A stretch of 64,000 nt of DNA from Nageia nagi (taxonomy: Eukaryota > Plantae > Pinophyta), in the NCBI GenBank assembly GCA_050084985.1, contig JBITNC010000001.1, positions 41,912,001 through 41,976,000 of the forward strand, read 5' to 3'. A program made the position numbers and the translations under genes. The notes below the pieces were generated by a model. That model saw only the letters and a list, made by a program, of their open reading frames with translations, ran no database searches and was not told where the DNA came from. This document shows, piece by piece, positions 26,429 to 41,029 of the stretch; the stretch's first letter is position 1; each line of letters begins with the position of its first letter.

Positions 26429-27630
26429 TGGTATGGATATCTTGCCTTAAGTGTTAATGTGACCAAAGATTTTTACATATGAGCTTGATCCATTATTTAA
26501 AATCTAGTATTATAAAGATTTTGATTTTATACAACACTTTGTATTTGATTAAATTATATAAGGCTAACATCCTTATAATAAGAATTTGGAACACTCTGAT
26601 TTTTGGATGATGTTTGGAGATTTCCCTTTGGGTTTTATGAAGTTTTTATGTCATGGAACCTATCAAAATAAATCATTAATATTTATTAAGATATAACTTT
26701 TGATAGAGATATCAATTTAGTTGATTCTTCTTTTCATTAGATAGCTCTCAAAGATACCTTTCCAATGAGTATATGCATGCCTAATGTTTTTGAAGGTTTG
26801 ATCACCATCCAATGCATTTTATAGAGAACTATCAAACCTATCACAACCAATGCTAACATCGATGCCAACACTAATGCTAGCACCTACACTAGTATTTCTA
26901 AGGAGCTACAATGCAATATTTTGAATCTAACATATTTGGCATGCTAGTATGATGATTGTTTATATGAAGACAAAAATATTACATAGGAATACCAATGTAG
27001 ATACTGATGAAAACCTAATCATTGGCCAATAATTCATATGATACCTGACCTCTCACATAATTATACATCCAACATGCTAGCATCAATGATGAGGTTAGTG
27101 CTTTTGTTGGAAAAAATATCATGTATGAATGAAAGGTGAAATATTTTAAGTCATTTTGAGGTGTTTGGAATTAAATAAGAAGTTGGAAAGCCATGTGATT
27201 ACTCCAGGGATGTCAGTTTCTACCTACATATCCTTATTGAGACTTGGGAGAAGGGAGAAAATGGTAAAACAGAGAAGGAATATAAAGAATGAATCAGAAC
27301 TTATTGTAGATCTATTCACCATTATTGTAGTTTGTTTACATGTTATGGGATCAAATTTTATGTTGAGGACACTTTGAAGGATTGTAAATCCTAGTGTAAA
27401 CTTGTTGCATAATAGAATGATGGGGTTGATGGTGGCTACTATAAGGTAGATACTCTCACATTGTGAGGAACCCTTAAACAAACATGTATAAATTTTTTGG
27501 ATGCTTGAATGTTATTTTCATTCTTATTTCTAATTGGCATTAGATTCTATTTTCCATTTCAAATTCAATGATTTTTCAATTGTATTAGATAATTCTTTTT
27601 AAGTTATAAGTTTTAGGAAATTATAGATCA
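26429..27630 (+). repeat. 3' LTR of the CRM-like element
   Basis: Collinear with the 5' LTR but strongly diverged; ends AGATCA, followed by the TSD copy TGAAA. Confidence 0.93.
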
Positions 27631-27635
27631 TGAAA

Positions 27636-29340
27636 GAATAGTTTGAAAAGTTTGAAGCACCACTAGTGTTGGATATTTACTTGATCTCACAACATAAATT
27701 TTTCTATAGATTCTTTTGTAATTATAGATTCTATGTAATGTGAGAATCCTAATTATGATTTATTCTTCATGAATCTTAGGGTTGAGGTATACTTAGGATA
27801 GTTACTCTTTTTATTGATTCTAATTTTTCTATTCAAATACTATTGTATTGAACTTATTTTTGTTGTAGCTTTGAGTTTCATGCTTCCTCCATTATTTTAT
27901 CACAATTTGGGTTATGTTGACACCATTTGTAAGTTCTTTATTTTAGTTACTATAGTTCATATATTCATCTACATTGTTGGTCTTGTTTTTGTGAATGATA
28001 ATTCTATTTAGTTGCTTCATCCTTTGAATGTTATTATTATGAATTATTTTTTTATTATAAACCTCATTTTGGTATTAGAGCTAGTTTAATTACAAGGTTT
28101 GAAGTTTTGATCTTAATAGTATTTTATTAAGTTTCTATTTTAAAAGATTATTTTTTATTCTATTATGGCAAGCAATACAAACTCTCTTCCAATTCCAAAT
28201 TTAAATGGAGAATAGTATGAGTATTAGAACATAAAAATGAATAATTTACTGATAGTAAAATATTTATTGGGATCTTATGGGGCAGGGATATCTTAAGCCA
28301 ATAGATTGGAGCTTACTTGGAGATGATTATAAAATGGAAAAGAAGGAGGCACAAAAGAAGAACTATCTAGTACTTTACCATCTTTAGTGATACCTTAATA
28401 AGAGCATATATATAAGGATTGTAGGCTATAAATCAACTTTTCAAGCATGGAAAGCTTTACAAGAAAGTTACCAAGTATAATAGCTCAAGTTGCAAACTTT
28501 GAGAAATGAACTTGAGGATGAAACAAAATCAAGGGGCTAGTGACTACTATGTTAGAGTGAAGGTAGTTGTCAATAAGATGATAACTCTTAGAGATCATCT
28601 TGAAAATCCTATAGTGGTTAAAACATATTGAGGAAAACTCACTTCTAGGTGGCACCACATTTCTTTCATTATTAAAGAGACAAGCAATTTGGCTATGCTT
28701 GAAATCTTCAAACTCATTGGCTATTTGATGTATCATGAAGAGAGGCTTAATGAAAGTACAGCTAGGAGTAATGAAGAGAAATAATTTATCAATGTTAATG
28801 GTAGCATCAACTTTGATTCTTATGAAATATAAAAAGGAAATATTCATAGAAGAGGCCAACACTCTTATTATGGAAGAGGTGACCAAGGTAATGGTGGCTC
28901 TACTCATGATGGGGTTGAGGAGGTAGAGGTGATAAAAAGAATATGTAATGTTACCATTGCAACAAGTTAGTCACTTTGAGAGAGAGCATACAATGAAGAA
29001 TAATGGTTTAAACAAATCATGAAGTGGAACTAATAAATTAGTGGGGGGTTTAAACCATATGACCACTCCCAAAATTCTAGCATTAGGATTAACGATGATA
29101 AATCCTTAGTTTTTGCAACAAAAGGTATGGTAGAAGTGGCCATAAATAAAGGCAAAAATAAGGTATATGATATTCATTATACTCCAAGTATGAAGCATAA
29201 TTTGTTAATTGTAAGACAAAATCATGAAGTGGAACTATAAATTAGTTTTTGATGATAGAAAGTATGTCATTTATGATAAAAATTATAATAATATGTTGGT
29301 ACATTCTATTCTTATGAAAAACAAAATACTATTTCCCCTA
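27636..29340 (+). mobile_element. Ty1/Copia remnant: end of LTR, PBS, gag and protease fragment
   Basis: PBS TGGTATTAGAGC at 28070; MASNTNSLPIPNLNGE*YEY*NIKM at 28165; zinc knuckle CYHCNK.SH at ~28950; VYDIHYTPSMKHNLL at ~29165. Confidence 0.85.
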
Positions 29341-29522
29341 AACCAATGTCCTTGAGCTCCACCATTGCAACACTCATTGAACTTGCCATATCCATGAGTT
29401 CTTCCTCTAAATTAATTTCCTCTTCCTTTATATGGATGAGTTCTTTCACTCTAAGAGTTACTTGAACCCTCATCTTCTTCTTTCTTCTATGTTTTATCCT
29501 ATTTACAAAAGGATTTTCCTTT
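29341..29522 (-). mobile_element. CRM-like gag C-terminal part, separated from 46738-47660 by the TIR transposon
   Basis: KGRGN*FRGRTHGYGKFNECCNGGAQGHW (RG-rich tract plus decayed zinc knuckle); in frame with 46738+ once the transposon is removed. Confidence 0.8.
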
Positions 29523-29554
29523 GGGTGGGTGCAAGAAGTTGGATCCACTTTAAG
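29523..29554 (+). repeat. Left TIR
   Basis: GGGTGGGTGCAAGAAGTTGGATCCACTTTAAG. Confidence 0.9.
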
Positions 29555-30011
29555 GCCAAAAAGTGGAAGTGTTTTCCTTGATTTTTATGTTTGGGTATGA
29601 TTGATCTCGAAATTTGAAGCATTTAGACATAAAATAGTGAAAAATATCACTAAGATTAAAATGTAGTGCTCAGAGTCTAGTTTTCAAATATATAATTTTT
29701 TTTAATAACTATATAATAGAATAAAATTTGATTAGATAAAAAAAAAATCACTATTTAAGAAAAAAAAAACATTTTTGGACCATACCATGCACATGTCCAT
29801 CAACCATAATTTGACTAAAATCAAAGTATTTTTTAAAATCCTTTTAGAATAAAATAATTAACACATTGGATATTGTCCTAGATATTTTCCCATAATTTTT
29901 TCATCAATATTTACTTTTTATTAATTTTTTATCAGGCATATTTGTGATTTCAAAAAGTACTCATGTTCATCCACCATAATATGATTTAAAATTCATCTTT
30001 AGAAAAAAAAG

Positions 30012-30045
<34 letters not shown>

Positions 30046-30836
30046 AATATAATGGGAATTCTATAAATCTTGTCCCTATATAACTTTTTTTTCATAACTC
30101 TCAAAAAACAAAAAACTAAAAAATTGTTAAGAAAATATGAGACCCTCTTATTTTAAGTATATGGACTAGTTTCACTAAACATTAATAGAAAAATATAAAA
30201 TATACTCCAATTCTAAAAATAATTGCATATTTAAATTTATCACACTTTCATCTATAATGGATTTCAATTTTGTGACAAAATTAAATCAAAATCACCATGA
30301 AATATATGGCTGAAGTTATGATTTTGTGTTAAAATCAACCTTAGACATTTAGTTGCAGGTCCAAGGCATAGCTTGGCTCAACTAGCCTTTTTTGAGCCTA
30401 AATTCAAGGTTGGTGTGCTATTTTGGTGTAGATACATGAGCTATTAATTTTGAATATATTAGGAATCCTGATATTTTCTAGTCATTCAAATATCGAGATC
30501 CTGATATATTGGGATCCTAATTTTTTTAACGCATTGCAACAAAAAATCAACTGCCTAGACATAGATGTTCTCTACATCATTCTCTTACATGTTCATATAG
30601 TACGATATACAATGACATTTTCTATAGAAATTGAATTGGTTTCTTCATATGCATGCACATTATTCAATCAATATACTAAGGTTATATCCGAAGTATCTTT
30701 TCAATGAATTTGAGGTTTAATTAAGTTTCTTAAGAAGATATTTAAGACCTTAAATATTGAAGCAATCATTTCCATTATGGTTATCTTTTAAAGATATACA
30801 AAGTTGAATTTGTAAACTTCTCAAGTTAATCAACAT

Positions 30837-33800
30837 CATGGATGATAAAAAAAATGCCAAAAAAAGAGAGGAAGAGTCATGTCATCTAAAGACATTCTTG
30901 CAAGAAGAGAGAAGGATGTAAAAAGGAAAAAAGGAAAAAGAGCATAAAATAAAGAATGAATTGTAATTAAGTACTTTAAAGTTCCATCCTAATTGAAGAG
31001 GAGGACATTGAAGAGAACATGAATGTAGATATTACTATAGATGATGCACCATTGAATGAAGCTTCAAATTCAATGACTGTGGAAATGAATGCAAGTATGT
31101 CTTTGAATCTTTGTATCCTATTATAATTTTAGGTGTTTTTCAACATTCTCATGGAATTTATAAAAATGATTTAGAAATTATTTAATTAATAAACTCCTCT
31201 TCACATGATCATGGATTATTGATTAGGCTTATTTCCACTTTCAAAAGTTCCTTCCATAGACCACTTAAAATTACACTTCTAGCTCATGTTACTCCTACTA
31301 TTAGAGTAGATCTTAGAATTTGCTATAAGTACTACTAAATTCTGGAGGTAATCAATTTATTTGACACTCATGTTAATTATCTTAAGGCTTAAGCATTTAG
31401 GGTTTACATTTTAGTGCTTAGGTTTGCTTAGTTAGCTTAAGGCTTTAGGGTTTAGTTTTTAGGTTTAAGGGTTTAAGGTTTAGGTTTGTGTGTCCTATCA
31501 AGGTTTGGCCAACAAGGTTAAATTTAAAAATTGTCCAATAGATTTAAACATGTGATGTCCTATCATCTTTTTAATGCTCTTAAAATTAGGATATAAGCAT
31601 TATGTCATATAATGCCACTATATATTGATTTGTTTAAGGCTTAAGGGTTTAGAGTTTAAGATTTTTATTTTGCTTGAGTTTGCATAATGCCACTATATAT
31701 TGGTTACTTAATTTATTTCATTTCATTAACTAAATATTATTTTAATGCTTGATTAAGTCCTCAAAAATTCACTAATTAATTATTGTATGTTATCTTTTTT
31801 TTTCATGTGTAGTAAACTTTGGTGAGTCAAACCTTATCCATGGAGTACCAACTGTGGACATGAATCTAGGTATATGTTTGAAACCATATGTTAATAATAT
31901 TGAGAATAAAATATTGATAATACTAATGATAAAAATATTTTTTTGCATATTGAACATGATATCTTATATAATGTTCCTGGTACAATATCTATGAGATGAA
32001 TGCGAACACATGCAAATAGATTATATGATCAATTTTTCTTAATAAGGAGCTAGGATTTCAATGCCAACTCATGTTACAATTAATGAGAATGTTAAAAATT
32101 AGAAGAGTAATGAAAACTTTAGGTGTTTGTATGAAAAATGATGAACCCTTAAAACAAGTTATGTCCACTATTGTTAGTGCCATGGACTCTGTTAGAAAGA
32201 AGAGTTGGTCTAAAGATAAGAATGTGGCACGATGATCCATAACAAATCTTTAGTAAATAGATCAATTGTAAGGAAAAAAATGATTAGTAATCTTAGTGTA
32301 TATCTAAATATAAACCCTAAAACTTTGTGAAGACCTAATAAGAGAAGAAAAAGCATTAAAATTGATCCAATCAACCAATGTTGTAGTTTTAGTGGTGGAT
32401 GTCTTATAGGAAATTGACTAATGAGATAAAATATGTAATTGAAAAATATTGGCATGATCATACAATGGTATCTCCTAATAGTAAATATGTTTTTAAATAA
32501 ATGAAATCTTCAAGGCCAAAAGATCATCAACCTGAGCATGCAAAACACTTTTTAGATATGACTCAAACTCAATTATATAATAACTTTGTAAATGAAAAAT
32601 TGTTAAGTAGTTTTAATATTAGCCTAAATAAAAGATATTTTGAGAAAGGTAAACCTTAGTATGTTAGAATTAATAAGCAAAGAATAACATGTTGTAAAAC
32701 TCATTTGTGATTTAGATATTATTATCAAGTTTTTCGATATATATATGGTACTTTCATACTAACAACTAAATGTAAGGATGTGGTTTTAATATGCCACCTA
32801 AATTTATCAATGAGTTTATAATAGGTTTATTTTTTCAAATTCCAGATGGTCAATTATTTTATTCACATCCATGTATTTCAAGACAATGTAGTATATGTGG
32901 AAACCTTTCATTTTTAGGAGAATGTGTACATGAAAGTAGTTTATATGATTTTGGACAAACATTAGTGGATATCCAAAAATTCAAGAAAGTTGAGTATGCA
33001 TTGAATGATAGAAAAAATGGGAAGCATATTTATCTAATCCCTGAAAAGTTTAGTGTACATACATTTATGGATGATTTTAAGAGTAACTTTACTCCAAAAT
33101 ATGTGAAACATTCCCAACATGCTCGATGGATTAATAGTGAATTTCATCAATGTAGAAACATATTTTCATATGGAACTATATTATCAATTGTAGACTTTGT
33201 ATAAAACTATACTCTAGAATCACAAGAAAAAATACAATCTTATTATTATAGTTCTCAATAGGTTTCCATTTTTTTCATATTGTATATAGACATCCAAATG
33301 ATAGTATAGAAGATAATAGAAATGTTTTGAGGGAGTACCACTTTTATGTAAGTGATAATAGATTACACTCACCAAATTTTATCTAATTTTACTTTAAGAT
33401 ATTCTAGACAAATTTGAAGGAATGAAATATCCATATGGCACAACATTTGTTATGGTCAAATAATTGTATAGAGTAGTTTAAGAATGCACATATGTTTTAT
33501 TGGTTAAGTAGGATGCATAGAGAATATAATATACAACATATATGGTCATTTTTTGAAGATGGACATGGTAAAGGTGAACATGATGGAGTTGGTGCATGTG
33601 TGAAAAAATCTCTTGCTAGAGAACAACTTAAATTTGAAGATTCAGTAAAATTTCAAGATGCACATGTAATTATGGATTGGTGTAATACAAATATATCTGT
33701 TAGATCAAAAGATAATTCTACAATTCAATGATTCTTTTATTTAGTTAAATAAAATAATATTATGAGTTGTCATGATTGTGAGACAATTAATGGAACAACT

Positions 33801-34550
33801 AAATGGCAGTCATTTAAGAGTTCAAATGCAAGCACATGGACTATTTGGACAAGGGAGCTTGCATGTTTTTGTGATTCTTGTATTATTGGTGAATTAAAAG
33901 TATGTATAAATACAAAATGGGTTGATGAATGGAAATAAATATCTTTAACACACATAGGAGCACACGATGGACAAGAATTATTCATTAAAGATGAGAATCA
34001 ATTGTTTGCATCATAGGACTATGATCAGGTTTTTGACCTTGTACAAGAAGGTAATTTAAAATAAATTAAACTTTATAATTTTTTTATTTTATTTATATGA
34101 ATGCTCATTTTTGTATATATTTGAACTAGTTTTTTATGTCATACTTAATTGATATAAATTTTATTTGCAAGACATGTGTATGTTGTGGCACTTGAAGGGA
34201 ATGAAGAGGAATTAGAGTATTGGTTGGCTCGATGTGTTGAGAGAAAATATAAGTTAACTCATACTCGACATAATGATGATGGATTTGAGTACCCAATAGG
34301 TTGTATGGTGGTTTTTAGTACATGGCTATGAAAAATAGTACCAAGGAGGAATGGTTTGGGAGCATACGAAGATTATGAACCAAATAAGAAAATTATTCAC
34401 TATTTGCATTTGATACTAGCAACAAATATTAAACTATACAAATATAAAGGGAAGCCTACTAATAGATTATTGTGTAAATATTCAATGTAAGAGCATGAGA
34501 TTATGAATGCATTACATAAAAGAGAGGATGCAAATGGTATCAACGATTGA
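30837..34550 (+). pseudogene. Intron-containing Sola-like DDD transposase pseudogene
   Basis: YWHDHTMVSPNSK..., KHFLDMTQTQLY, RITCC, CISRQCSICG, VDFV*NY...QEKIQSYYY (D1 at 33193), WSNNC..FKN (D2 site at 33459, now N), WSFFEDGHGKGEHDGVGACVK (D3 at 33582); intron ~34051-34170; the basic N-terminal exon (MPKKRGR...) near 30837 is tentative. Confidence 0.8.
31385..31490 (+). repeat. Degenerate telomere-like (TTTAGGG-type) repeats inside the transposon
   Basis: TTTAGGGTTT, TTTAGGTTTAAGGGTTTAAGGTTTAGG. Confidence 0.6.
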
Positions 34551-34569
34551 AAAGTACAGGTAAGTTTAT

Positions 34570-34910
34570 CTCCCTCTTCCCTTCATCTCCACTTCCCCTT
34601 CTCCTTCACTTGTACACCCCTTAATCTCCACTTCCCCTTATTCTTCATCCCTATGCACCTTCATCTCCACTTCCCCTTCTCCTTCACCCCTACATCCCTT
34701 CATCTCCACTTCCCCTTATCCTTCATCCCTATGCACCTTCATCTCCACTTCCCCTTCATCTCCACTTCCCCTTCTCCTTCATCCCTACATGCCTTAATAT
34801 CCACTTCCCCTTCTCCTTCACCCCTACACACCTCCATCTCCACTTCCCCTTCTCCGTTCACCCCTTCATCTCCACTTACCCTTCACCCTTTCATATCCCC
34901 TTATCCTTAT
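34570..34910. repeat. Pyrimidine-rich minisatellite (CTTCATCTCCACTTCCCCTTCTC-type units)
   Basis: About nine CTCCACTTCCCCTT-like units right after a CAG|GTAAGT donor-like site at ~34560. Confidence 0.9.
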
Positions 34911-36799
34911 TATGCATGACCTATAACCACATGGTTGTGAGTTAGATTCCCATATACAGCATACAATTCAATGAGAGGATCAATGTTCATGTATTTCTAC
35001 TATTGACACTTAGATTTAACTTTGTATTTTAAAAGTATATAAATTTATGTATTTAAAATATTTTATATTAATAAGATTTATATTTATGTATTTCTCCTTA
35101 TGTATAGGTACCCAAAACCTATTATATTAAATTTTAAGAGTTTGAGTAATTTTATTACAATTCATAATGATATCCTTAAATACTATAAGGTATCCTAAAA
35201 TATTAGGTATCTATTTCTTATATATTTAACCATCAAGAACTTAGTTATTTATTTCTCTCTCATATATCCTTCACTTTTTTATCCAACTCTATATATCCTT
35301 TATCTTTCAATCATTTTTCACCAACTACTTTATATTTTTTAATATCCTTTAATTCCGTACCTATAGTTTCATATTGGCTATGTCAAAGTTGTCCCTCATA
35401 ATCTTCTCTTTCAATGATAACCATCACTATATCAATCTTCCCTAGATGATGAATTTCCTCCTCATCCACTTGTTCCATATTGTTATTTATATTAATATTT
35501 GATAGGATATTTTCCTCTTAGAACTCTATTTTTCTATTGTTATCATATAGGTACTATCATTAATTTAGTTACCATTATTTCTTAGTAAGGCATATTATAA
35601 TATTATGCCATTCCTAAGAGCATATCAGGTATCTTATTGATTTAAATATAGTAGGTTTATAGTAAGGTAATGGAATTCTTAGATTACATTTTAGATACCA
35701 ATAAGTAATAATTAGGTTTCTTTTGGACTATAATAGAGTTATAGCTTAAATCTAATTAGCAACCCTATCAAGGGCTACCAAGTAGTATATTCCTAATATG
35801 AAATTCCATATTCCTAATAGAAATATGAATTTCTATACTCTACTTCATGATTTAATATCATTATCACTAATCATAACTAATGATTATTATTATCTATGCA
35901 TATATTCATAATCATAAATATTATGGGAATGTGTCTATGGACCTATTCATAACTTTGATGTTGGATAAATTACTTTGTTTTTATTTATTATGTTATATTT
36001 CATGGATACAATTTTTTTTCCTTTTACATTTTTACATTTAATATTACATGAGTAGTAAAAACCACTTAATTAGGTAAGAATTGTGTGAGTTATTTGTATA
36101 AATATCAATATGTATCTTGTGAGGTATTAGGAATAGTATTACAGAATAGGTATAACATTTAGCATTGTATTTATTTATCTATATATTTTAGTAAGTATCA
36201 TATGATGTATTTGTTGGAGCTAGAGAATACAAATATATTAGTTATGTTCAACAAACCATTTCTAGTGTAAATATGCATGCATACTATAATTACAAACATT
36301 ACATTATGATTTTGTTACACATACTCAAAATTTTATCCTTCTATTATTTTTAATTCCTATGTAACTTTGTAGGAACTTTTAACTCATATATTTCCATTTC
36401 ATCATAATGAATACTAGGATAGGATCTCATCAAATTCATCATTTATCACCACTTTGGTAAAATTATTGTGATGATCCAAATATTTATTGATATTTGAATT
36501 TTCATTAAATATGACATGTTTTAAAAAGATGAACTTATTATGTAAGTATACCTTAGATACCTAATTGTAAACTTGTTGTTTATTTGTCTTGTAAACTTAT
36601 AAACCTATAGATGAACTTATTAAAATATTTGTTATCTTGTAAACTTACAACAATTGTGTGAAAAATACATAACAAAATCATAATAATTATGTGAAAAAGT
36701 ACATGTAATGTAATAGATTTAGTCCATGTAATAACATAACAACATCAAAAACATAATGTGTCCAAATTCCATGTAGTCCATGTGTAATAAAATAATAGC

Positions 36800-37000
36800 A
36801 TGTATGTGTCCAAATTCCACAATATCCAAATTCTAAAGTCCACAATAAAGTCCAAAGTCCACATACATCATGATCTATAACTAACATACCAAAACAACAA
36901 CTACATAATCAATCCAAATTCCACAATATCCAAACTAGAAAGTCCACATATATCATGATCTATAACTAGCATATCAAAACAACAACTACATAATCAATCC
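36800..37000. repeat. ~84-bp tandem duplication
   Basis: GTCCACATA.ATCATGATCTATAACTA.CATA.CAAAACAACAACTACATAATCAATCC at 36858 and 36942. Confidence 0.9.
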
Positions 37001-38600
37001 TAGATCCATCTATATAGGTATAGATGTTTCTCCATCATTGATCTTCCTCCTCATTTCAACTAATGTAGATGCCTCCTATTGTATAACACAAATAAACTTA
37101 AGTTAGTGTACATATTATCATTCATATTTGTGATTCCTTTAAATATTTTATAAAATAAATTTAATCTATCTACAAGTTTTAAAAATGCACATAAATATTA
37201 TCATATCATGATGTTGAGATCATCCCTCAATAACTATATCCTACTGTGTAGATGATGTATCAATCTCATTGAGATAAAATGCATGAGAAATAACATCATA
37301 TAAGATAAAATAAAAACTATTGAATAAAAGTTGAGTTTTTAAATGGGTATATATTTGTAAGTCATATAAATTGCATGCACATACACATTACTATGTATTT
37401 TAGAAAATTACCTAAAATGAAGTAGATATATGAGTGGCCATAGTATGTGGAGTGGTGGATGTTGAAGGCTTAACCATCGACATGCCCTCTCATCAGTTGA
37501 ATGCAATCATCTCAAGATTATAATGCATCCAATAATTATCATTAACCAAAGCCCTAATTTTTGACCTAATTTCTTTTTTTTGTAACACTTGAATGATCTA
37601 GGAATGAACTAGCTAATTCCACATGAGTTTGATATGTTGCTAGATAACTTAGCACTCACATAGCAAGATTGGCCAAGAACCCTAATAAATTTCTCTAGTG
37701 TTCACTTTTCAACACTCACCCTATTGAAAAGACACCTCAAAAGTAACCTCACCATTCCTATTCCATGTCCCATGTGCAATAGGCTTTTTGATTATGACAT
37801 AGTGTTTTTCTACTCAAGGCCCATAACACCCAAGAGATCATACTTCCACTAAGTTAGTCATCATATCCTGATGATAACTCTTCATTTCATAGGAGCAGTT
37901 AAGTTGTCCTAGGCAAGCTTCCTTATGAGTGGGTACCATCACCTATAGAATAATCATCATATCCCTATCTACTAACTACAAGTGATATGACTACTAATTA
38001 CCCTCACCTAGTAATATTAGTTTTTACAATTGCTGTCCCCACCTAACTCATCTATCAAAGAATATGAATACTAACTTGCCTATAACTATTAGCTATCCCA
38101 CCATGTGATTCAGCATTCCCGTACCCATAACTTAGGAGCCATGGATATTAAAAAATATCCTCCAATGGTTGTTTAGTCTAATATAATTTTAAATATGTTA
38201 ACAAAAGAACCACCTATGTCCTACTAACATATACTAATATTTTCAAACAATGAAGTGGGTAGAAGACATGTTCTAAGGTTTAACACAATTCATCCTTACC
38301 CACAAGGACTACCTCAAAATTCATAGTTATAGCTTATGCAAGAAGGCACATATTTTCTTATTTTATCCCATACACATTGTATTGCATATATAGATCTACT
38401 TTTTAAAATATCTCTTGAATACATAAAGCAAAAAGTTGTTGGGGAGAATCTTACCACTACTGCTATAAAAGTAATGTGATGTTAAGTGGTCCTCATGCAA
38501 AGAATATTCTTTTTGTTCGTTATCTAGCAAAGTGGTTTACTTGGCAAAGGTTCTTCATTACATTTCTTGCATCTATCCAAAAAGAATTCTAAATGATTCC
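37000..38600 (-). pseudogene. Possible decayed accessory gene of the transposon, weakly Plant-Mobile-Domain-like
   Basis: Fragments EACLGQLNCSY and LSGSMISWVLWAL resemble the PMD WG.A.LA.LY...GC..LLQ.W.WE region; donor-like TAG|GTAATT at ~37410; heavily decayed. Confidence 0.3.
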
Positions 38601-39659
38601 ATTTATTTCATGGAGTTCCATTGATATCTAATTTGATCCCAAGAGTCCCTAAAATATCCCAAATGCTCCTAAATTATCTTTTGGAACCCTATTTCTATAT
38701 TAGGATTATTTTCTAATCAATCTACTTATTTAAAAGTTTTGTTAAAATTATTTATTTTGTTAATTTGTATTATCCATTAATCATTTTCATGAAAGAAATA
38801 ATAATTCTTACTCTTAGTAATTTATATAATCAATACTAATTATAGTATTTGATAACCATAATTAAAAGAAAGCTCATTAAATTACAATATTAATATTTTT
38901 TAAAAATTATATAAATAAAAAGTAATCTACAATATTCATTAATTAATATCTAATATAATCCATCTATGAAATGTATAAATAAAATTTACTTTCATAAACT
39001 TTGAAGCTTCCATAATTTATTACAAATAGACATCATGCATTATACAAAGATAATTCAAATACAATACAACTCATTTAATCACTAATGAAATATTTTTGAC
39101 AAATCATATTATTTCATATCCAATGAATTTGTATTTCAAAGTTGTTCATGTCATATGGCTTCGATCGTTGTATCAACTATCGAATATCTCCATCAATCTT
39201 CATGCAATGAGCATTTAACATTCCCTTAGAGCTTGGTGGTGGATCGAGTACTAGGAGGAAGGAGGATCAGGATAACCCTTTTTAAACTTGACCATTATGC
39301 AAATAAATTTAACTATAGACCTCAAGAGAAATTATCTCTTTTTCTTGGTTAATGTACATTAATATGTTATTTTTTAATCCATCTTAAATAATTAAATCAT
39401 TCACAATAAGGTCTTGGATACCTTAATAATTAATTAATGAAATTGGTACTATTTGAATTATTTTACTAAACATTATACCAATATCACAATCTCAAAACCA
39501 TAGTTTATTTAATACAAGATTCTAAAGAGTTTTTGAGTTACTTATTTAAAAATATTAAACATACTTATCACCTCATTAGATACTAATTAGTTTAATTGAC
39601 AAACTTAGATAATAATAAGAAAACATATTTTATTACTTCACCTTTCTCCACTTTCACAT

Positions 39660-40290
39660 GAATTTAATAATATTTCTTTACTAAACATCATATTAGGACT
39701 TTAATAAAATTCATGTCAAAATAAATTTATTAATCTCTAGCTAAAGGTATAAGGAGAAATATTTGATTAGTCTCTTTAAAATATCATAAGATACATAATA
39801 TAATTTGTACATTAAATTTTCTACCTCTTCTTCTAAATAAAGACAAAAGAACATCTCACTCCTTTACTTTTAATGAAAATGTTATGGTACCAACCTTTGA
39901 ATAAAATAACCACTATGTCTCTTCAAAGTGTATAACACTTCAATCAATAATTAATGAAACTTCATCATTATAATAAATGTCATATTAAGAATTTAATAAA
40001 ATTTATGTCAAAATAAATTTATTAAACTTTAGCTAAAGGCATAAGGGGGAATATTTGACTAGTTTCTATAAAATATCATATACAATTTGTACATGAAATT
40101 TTTCTACTACAACATCTAAATAAAAAGAGAATAAAAAAGAAAATTCCACTTCTTTACCTTTTAAAGAAAAAGACAAGGTAACCATATTTAAATAAAAGAA
40201 CCACTATGTCTCTGCAAATGGTTCAGCACTTCTAAAAACCATTAATTTTAGAAGTTTTACCAAATATTATGATAAACATCATATTAAATA
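39660..40290. repeat. ~290-bp tandem duplication (two copies plus a partial)
   Basis: TAATAAAATT.ATGTCAAAATAAATTTATT...AGCTAAAGG.ATAAGG at ~39702 and ~39994. Confidence 0.85.
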
Positions 40291-41029
40291 TCTTAAAATA
40301 TGATTACCTTAATTAGGTAAAAAAATATATAAAATAATGGACCTAGACTTGAAGAGGAAAGAGAGACTTCTTTTCTTCACATAACTCTGCATCAAGCTTG
40401 AGAATAACCAAAACAAAATGAAAATTGCAAGAGATAGATAGGTAGTTATTGTTGATATATTTTCAATGCTCTACTCCTTTATTTATAGCTAAAGGGGCTC
40501 AATTATGTTCAAATTGACATCTCCTCACACCTTGAATAATTTTGGGTTAGGTTTACTTAAAGTTAGAACTAATGGTAATGGCATTTAATACTTTGGAATC
40601 TTTTTCATTAGTTGACAATTTAGTACCAACTCTTATCCACACCTAACAAAAAAATATAAAACTAAGTAGAGTCATTTCTCTATTATTTTTCTAGCTATTA
40701 AATATCATGTCATACCATAAAGAGACCATAGTCTCTATCTAATAGTGTTTTTACTATTAGCCCTATATGGTAATAATATGGATACTCATATTCAATTTTT
40801 ACCCATTAAAGGTATTTTTCTAACCTTATAATAATTTTCAAATTTAACTAAAGGTATACCTCCTTTTTTCCTTTATTTCAAAATTTGAATTTCAAAAATA
40901 CCAAACAAAGGAAAACACATCTTTACCTATGACGGTCACCTCATGCTACAAAGTAAGGTTAATCCACACATTTTTACAAACATATTTTCATTAAGAAATC
41001 AACAATCATAATAATTATTCTGCATGCAT

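Larger units (their letters stand above)
20709..27630 (+). mobile_element. Full-length but decayed Ty3/Gypsy chromovirus (CRM-like) LTR retrotransposon, 6.9 kb
   Basis: LTRs at 20709-21938 and 26429-27630 (TGATCT...AGATCA); PBS TGGTATCAGAGC at 21941; TSD TGGAA/TGAAA; gag (KIEAKVEIPSFRGEVDSEKLNNWL), protease region (HPHPYLFGWL), RT (YLDDII at ~24130), RNase H, integrase (FHPQTNGQTKVMNR), GPY and chromodomain-like tail; many stops. Confidence 0.95.

Noticed and set aside
31385-31490. True or interstitial telomere marking a chromosome fusion
   Set aside because: Short, degenerate and internal to a transposon.
34653-34919. 88-aa His/Pro/Ser-rich ORF
   Set aside because: Translation of a CT-rich minisatellite.
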